From positions 558,001 to 622,000 of the forward strand of contig NW_027191414.1 in NCBI RefSeq assembly GCF_041146345.1: a stretch of 64,000 bases of DNA, in the 5' to 3' direction. The position numbers and the translations under genes were made by a program. Source of the DNA: Neodothiora populina (lineage: Eukaryota). This document shows positions 59,360 to 64,000 of this stretch, piece after piece. The notes beneath the pieces were generated by a model, which saw only the letters and a list, made by a program, of their open reading frames with translations, did no database searches and was not told the origin of the DNA. How positions within the stretch are numbered: position 1 is the first letter of the stretch; each line of letters opens with the position of its first letter.

Positions 59360-61105
59360 ATGTTCTATCAGGGAGACTTGCAAAGCGGCATCGCCTTGGC
59401 AATTCAAGAACAAAAGCTGGTTGCTTGTCTGGTACGCAAAGGTGAGGAGCAGTGTCCATGACCAAGTGTAAGCAGGTGATCGAACACATCTGACCTTGCT
59501 CTTCAGATGACGATCCAACCAGTGAGACTTGGGAGAACGAGTGGCTGAAGAGCACGGTCGAAGACTCGGAGGTATGCATCCGACGAATTGTCCGAGGCAC
59601 AGCATCCGCTTACGGTCAAGTCAGACCTCGTTGGGTGACAGATTGGCAGAGAAGGCCGTCTTCCTTCGTCTCGACCATGGCACACAAGAAGCTGGCTTTT
59701 TGTCTGCCTTTTGCTCTCTAGAGTCAACGCCTAAGCTCATCATAATCAAGTACGGTGGCACTCTTGTCATCTGTGTCACATTTGCGTCTAACAGCACCAC
59801 AGGCAAGGCATTGTCCTCGAGGACATCGACTTGAGCGTTTCCGAGGAGGTTTTCAAAAGTCGACTCCTTGCACAATGCAAAAATCCGACCAAGCAAGCGT
59901 CACACATCACTTCCGCCAACGACACAGCGCCCACAGATGTCTCACAAGTACTGCCAGCAGCAGTTACCCAGGCGATTGAGCCCTCAGACACGACTGCTCC
60001 CGCTCCACCTTTGGCTACTGTACAGGATGCCGCGGGCACAACCGCTCAGCCTCAAGAAGCGACCCTGCAGGAGATCTTGTCAGAGCGAAATGCCCGTATG
60101 GATGAAGACCACCAACAGAAAAGAGCTGCTGAGAAAGAGGCCAAGAAAGCGGCCGTTGTCAGATCAAAGGAGATGGCTGACAAACAAGCCGCGGAATCAA
60201 GTTCGGTGCCGGCTGCTCGGCAGGACTGGCTCAATCAGCAACGCCTGAGGCAACAAGAAGCACGAGCCGAGAGAGAGAGGATACTCAAGACTATCCAACA
60301 GGACAAGATTACTCGACAGGAAAGAGAACGGCAAAGGAAGATTGCAGCTCAGGGCAGTAGCTCTTCTGCCGTGCCAGAAGCATCTTCCTCAGTCGCGCCG
60401 CACAGATCTGATCACCCACGAGGGTGGGCAAGCACGACATGCAATCTTCAGATCAGACTGTTCGATGGCACCTCACTCCGGTCTCGTTTCGATTCTTCTG
60501 CTACGCTCGATGGCGCAGTCAGAACCTTTGTCGACGCGCAGTCGGAAAGTGAGGTACCATACAACTTTCGCGAAATACGAACGCCGCAACCCAGCAGAAC
60601 AATTGAGATTGGAGAGGAGGGACAGACTTTACAGTCACTCGGACTGACGCCCAGTGCGACTTTGGTCCTCGTGCCCGTCCACGGCTACACTGACGCATAT
60701 GCCTCGAGAGGGGCAGCTGGGTTGATGTACAGAGGGGTTCATTCTGGGTTTAGTCTGGTTTCGGGAGCATTGGGCGGGGCATTGGGCTTGGTAGGTGGCA
60801 TGTTGGGTTACGGCGGTGACGCTGTGCGAGACGGGCCGTATCTCAGCGGAGTGGCAGACGAAAGTGAGGAGGCGTCCGATGCTGAGGGAACGAAGATTGC
60901 AGGAGCCGGACCGTCGTCGGGCTTCAAGGTCAGAACATTGGCGGATCAGAGGGAAGACAACGATGAGCAAGAGTTGTATAATGGCAACCAGGTAAGCGGT
61001 GAAGAAAATGACGTCTTGCGAGTTCGATCAACAGCTGATATCACGATCTAGCTCAACTTCGAGCCGAGGAAAAAGGCAGACGATGCCGATGAAGACAAAC
61101 CGTAG
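59360..61105 (+). CDS. UBX-domain Cdc48/p97 adaptor (Ubx7/UBXN4-like)
   Basis: Exons 59360-59441, 59507-59571, 59625-59749, 59803-60991, 61052-61105. MFYQGDLQSGIALA, coiled coil, UBX domain LQIRLFDGTSLRSRF...LGLTPSATLVL, terminal YNGNQLNFEP. Confidence 0.92.
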
Positions 61106-62556
61106 AAAGTCGGGTCAGACAAGGCTCCATGGTATGGGGAAGGATGTGTTGCATAAGGTAGAGTTTCGGGACATGATATGGACGATCTCGTGTACTGTAC
61201 AGTATACTCTACTACTTGGCATCTATGGGTCCGGCAGCAACAGACTAGTTTCTTGATATTCAGTGATAATGTGATGCACCAGGTGAAGTATCTGTGTAGA
61301 AAGTCAGACAGAAGCAGGGCCATGATTTATATCCGACTCATAGTTCTGCGTAGCAGCGATGTATGCGCGACGCCGACGAAAGTGTATACCCTCGCAGACC
61401 CTTGGACAACAGTAATTCGGTGTCCCCGGGCTTCACTTTGGCCGATCTGCACTCCATACCACCGCATTGCGTAATTCAAGCGGTCTACTTTGTACTGACA
61501 GTGCGTGGTGCTATGCAGCGGAACAGTAGTCTGGTATCCATGTACTTGTATCTGTACCACTGTATGGTACATGGCAAAACAGTCCTATGTCTGGGCCACG
61601 AGTCGTACAAGCCCACATGAGCAATCTCTGGGCACAACAGTAAAGGGGCTCTTTTGGATGCAACATGCATGATACCAGCCCGTGTCGACTCTTGGACTGA
61701 CCGGATCATCAATTGATTTTTTTCCAACGTGTATGAGATGGTGCTGCAGTAGTTGCTGGCGAACACTTCCTTCGTCCTCTCAGACCCTGAGGATCTCGAT
61801 CCCAGGCGGATCAGGGTCCATGATTACAGAACGTCATATCAATCAGGAAAGCGAACGGACATTAGACCTTGCCTTAGTGGTAGTGAATAGTATGGGCGGA
61901 GTGTGGAGGTGGGATGCTGAGCCAACGCCAATCGCGAGCCAGAGCCCCAAAAACCATGCGAAAGATGGCAAAAGAGCAAGAGAAAATAGGTGAGTCTGAA
62001 GCCGGAGCCAAGCAGATCCCGTTTATGGCGTTCTACACCAGTCAAACAAGTGCCCTTTTTTCCTCTCAGATGATTACCGGGTCTGGTATACGAGCAGCTC
62101 CAGCACAGTAGTGGTACTGTACTGCAGCTCCTACACACATGATGCACGCCTCTTCCCCCCCCCTTCTTTCGGTTTTCCAGCATGAGAGAAACGGGCGCAT
62201 CGTCCATCGCCCATCCCACCTGACCTTGCTCCCTAACCCCTAGTCACAATAATTGCATCCATCCCGCCTTACCGCCAAACTGCTGATATGATAAGCTTGC
62301 TTGGCTAGCTAGGCAGCCTGTCCACCTGCTCGACCCAGGATAGGACGTGGTCTTTTGTTTTATTTGTGTATATATCTGCATCAATCTCACCTCTTTTCGC
62401 TGCAGCAGTCTTTGTTGCGCCTTTTCGCATGCATTGTTCATACCTCAGTCTTTGACCACGCCTCTTTCTGCGACCGATAGACCAAAGAGTGTTTTTTAGC
62501 TCTATCCGAGAGTTAGCAGCGCTGGTCGTGGCTCCTCGTACCGATTTAATACAACC

Positions 62557-64000
62557 ATGGACGCCTCTACGAATTCCGGGCATAATGATCCGGCACCGGC
62601 CGCATTGGGAGACACGAGTAACACGCAGCCACAAGACACAGAAAATAGAACCAGGAGTGGTTGGAGACCATGGGGAGCAAGAGGAGGAAGAGGAGGAAGA
62701 GGAGGAAGAGCAGCGGGCGTGGACACGTCCGACAGTAGTTCGATAACAGATCCCCCCAGCCTGAAAGCTCGTCGGAAAAAATGGACGATGGGAATGCTGA
62801 ACGACACGGAGACGGACGAAGTGCCTGGTACGACTTATGCGCTGCTGCTGCTGTTCTTGTAAAGTCTATTGCTGATCAACGGAAAGGTTCCATCTTGCTC
62901 CTGTCCAAAGCCTCCAATCGCAACGAACCGCTTGGTCTTCAGAATGCACCCGCGAGGAGATCGTCGTCCTCGATACCCATACCCTATCCTTCATCACAGC
63001 CTCACTCGCGAGCACCGTCGATTGCGTCTCGACCGCCGCAGCCGGAAACGAAAAAGACGGCAGATGGCGGCATTGTGCTGGAGCCTCAGCCCGATGAGTC
63101 GATGAATGATCCCTTGAACTGGGCGACTTGGAAGAGAGACTCGGCGCTGCTTTCTCTTGGCTTCTACTGCATGCTGGGTGGAGGCATGACACCCGTCCTC
63201 GCTGCAGGGTTCGGCGAGGTCGCTGAAGCGTATGATGTTAGCTTGTCCCGCGTCGCCTTGACTACCGGCCTGTACATGATGGGTCTCGGTCTTGGGAGTG
63301 TTGTTGCCTCGCCCACGGCCATTCTGTTTGGCAAGCGACCCGTTTATCTGGTTTCGGGCGTCATTTTCATCCTGACGGCCATCTGGTGCGCGCTGTCGCC
63401 AAACTATGTCTCGCTGCTGATTGCCCGTATATTCATGGGCTTTGCCGTCAGTCCGGTCGAATGTCTGCCTTCTGCAACTGTCGCCGAGATCTTCTTCTTG
63501 CATGAGCGTGCCTACCGCCTTGGCATCTATACTCTGCTGCTCCTGGGCGGTAAGAACTTGATCCCGTTGGTCAGCGCTGCCATCATCGAGTCACTCGGTT
63601 GGCGATGGGTTTTCTGGATAGTCGCTATGGTCGTTGGTTTTGGATTGGCTTTGTTATTTCTGTTCGTTCCAGAGACCTTCTGGGACCGTACCCCAAGGCC
63701 TCACCACTGGGACCAGCACCACGATCGTCCGCAAAGGCCTCGCCAAGCAAGTATGTTGTCGCTGGCGTCCATCTTTCGTCACGAAAGACATCACGATGTC
63801 ATGGCGGATCCTCACCCTTCTGAGATGGAGAAGGACATGACGCTTCATTCTCCGACGCAAGAAAATGGCCCTGAAGTTGCAAACAAGAGGCCCTCGAGAC
63901 ATGCACATTTCGGTGACGATATAGAGAAAGTCGATCTGACAGAAGAGTCCTTGTCGCCACATGACACATCTACTGTGGAACCGGCGGCAGTCAGCAGTGA
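62557..64000 (+). CDS. MFS transporter, HOL1-like family; 3' end runs off the window
   Basis: Exon 62557-62827, intron 62828-62886, then a frame reading GSILLLSK...IVLEPQPDESMNDPLNWATWKR...FGKRPVYL...EIFFLHERAYRLGIY...GWRWVFW...FVPETFWDR. Confidence 0.9.

Noticed and set aside
1..64000. CRISPR arrays, rRNA or prokaryotic operons
   Set aside because: Eukaryotic intron-containing DNA; no repeat-spacer array or rRNA sequence seen.

Overview
Gene-dense, intron-containing DNA from a filamentous ascomycete (Pezizomycotina; short GT..AG introns with CTRAY branch sites). About 20 protein genes can be modelled: RPN5 (5' end off-window), an FSH1-family serine hydrolase, an F-box protein, a Myb-like basic protein, a divergent CPD-photolyase-like flavoprotein, the TOK1 K+ channel, a Ded1/DDX3-related DEAD-box helicase paralog, a Cys-rich GPI wall protein, a DUF3433 membrane protein, an AYR1-like SDR, a monocarboxylate-type MFS transporter, a fructosamine kinase, SPT16, a secreted Thr-rich protein, RSM22, casein kinase I (HRR25), a SET methyltransferase, a mitochondrial carrier, a UBX protein and a HOL1-family MFS transporter (3' end off-window). 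No rRNA, tRNA, CRISPR or intact transposon was recognised. Most notable: (1) a ~1750-aa nucleotidyltransferase-like plus ankyrin gene broken by one TAG and one 2-nt insertion, both 5' of an intact 1346-codon ankyrin frame; (2) a spliced 196-codon ORF that fills the helicase leader and overlaps its ATG out of frame; (3) a photolyase paralog with a remodelled substrate pocket and a Tyr in the Trp triad; (4) three genes with a weak upstream ATG encoding a presequence-like extension; (5) a ~7 kb gene-poor stretch with decayed coding-like fragments. Family assignments come from motif recognition by eye, not database searches.
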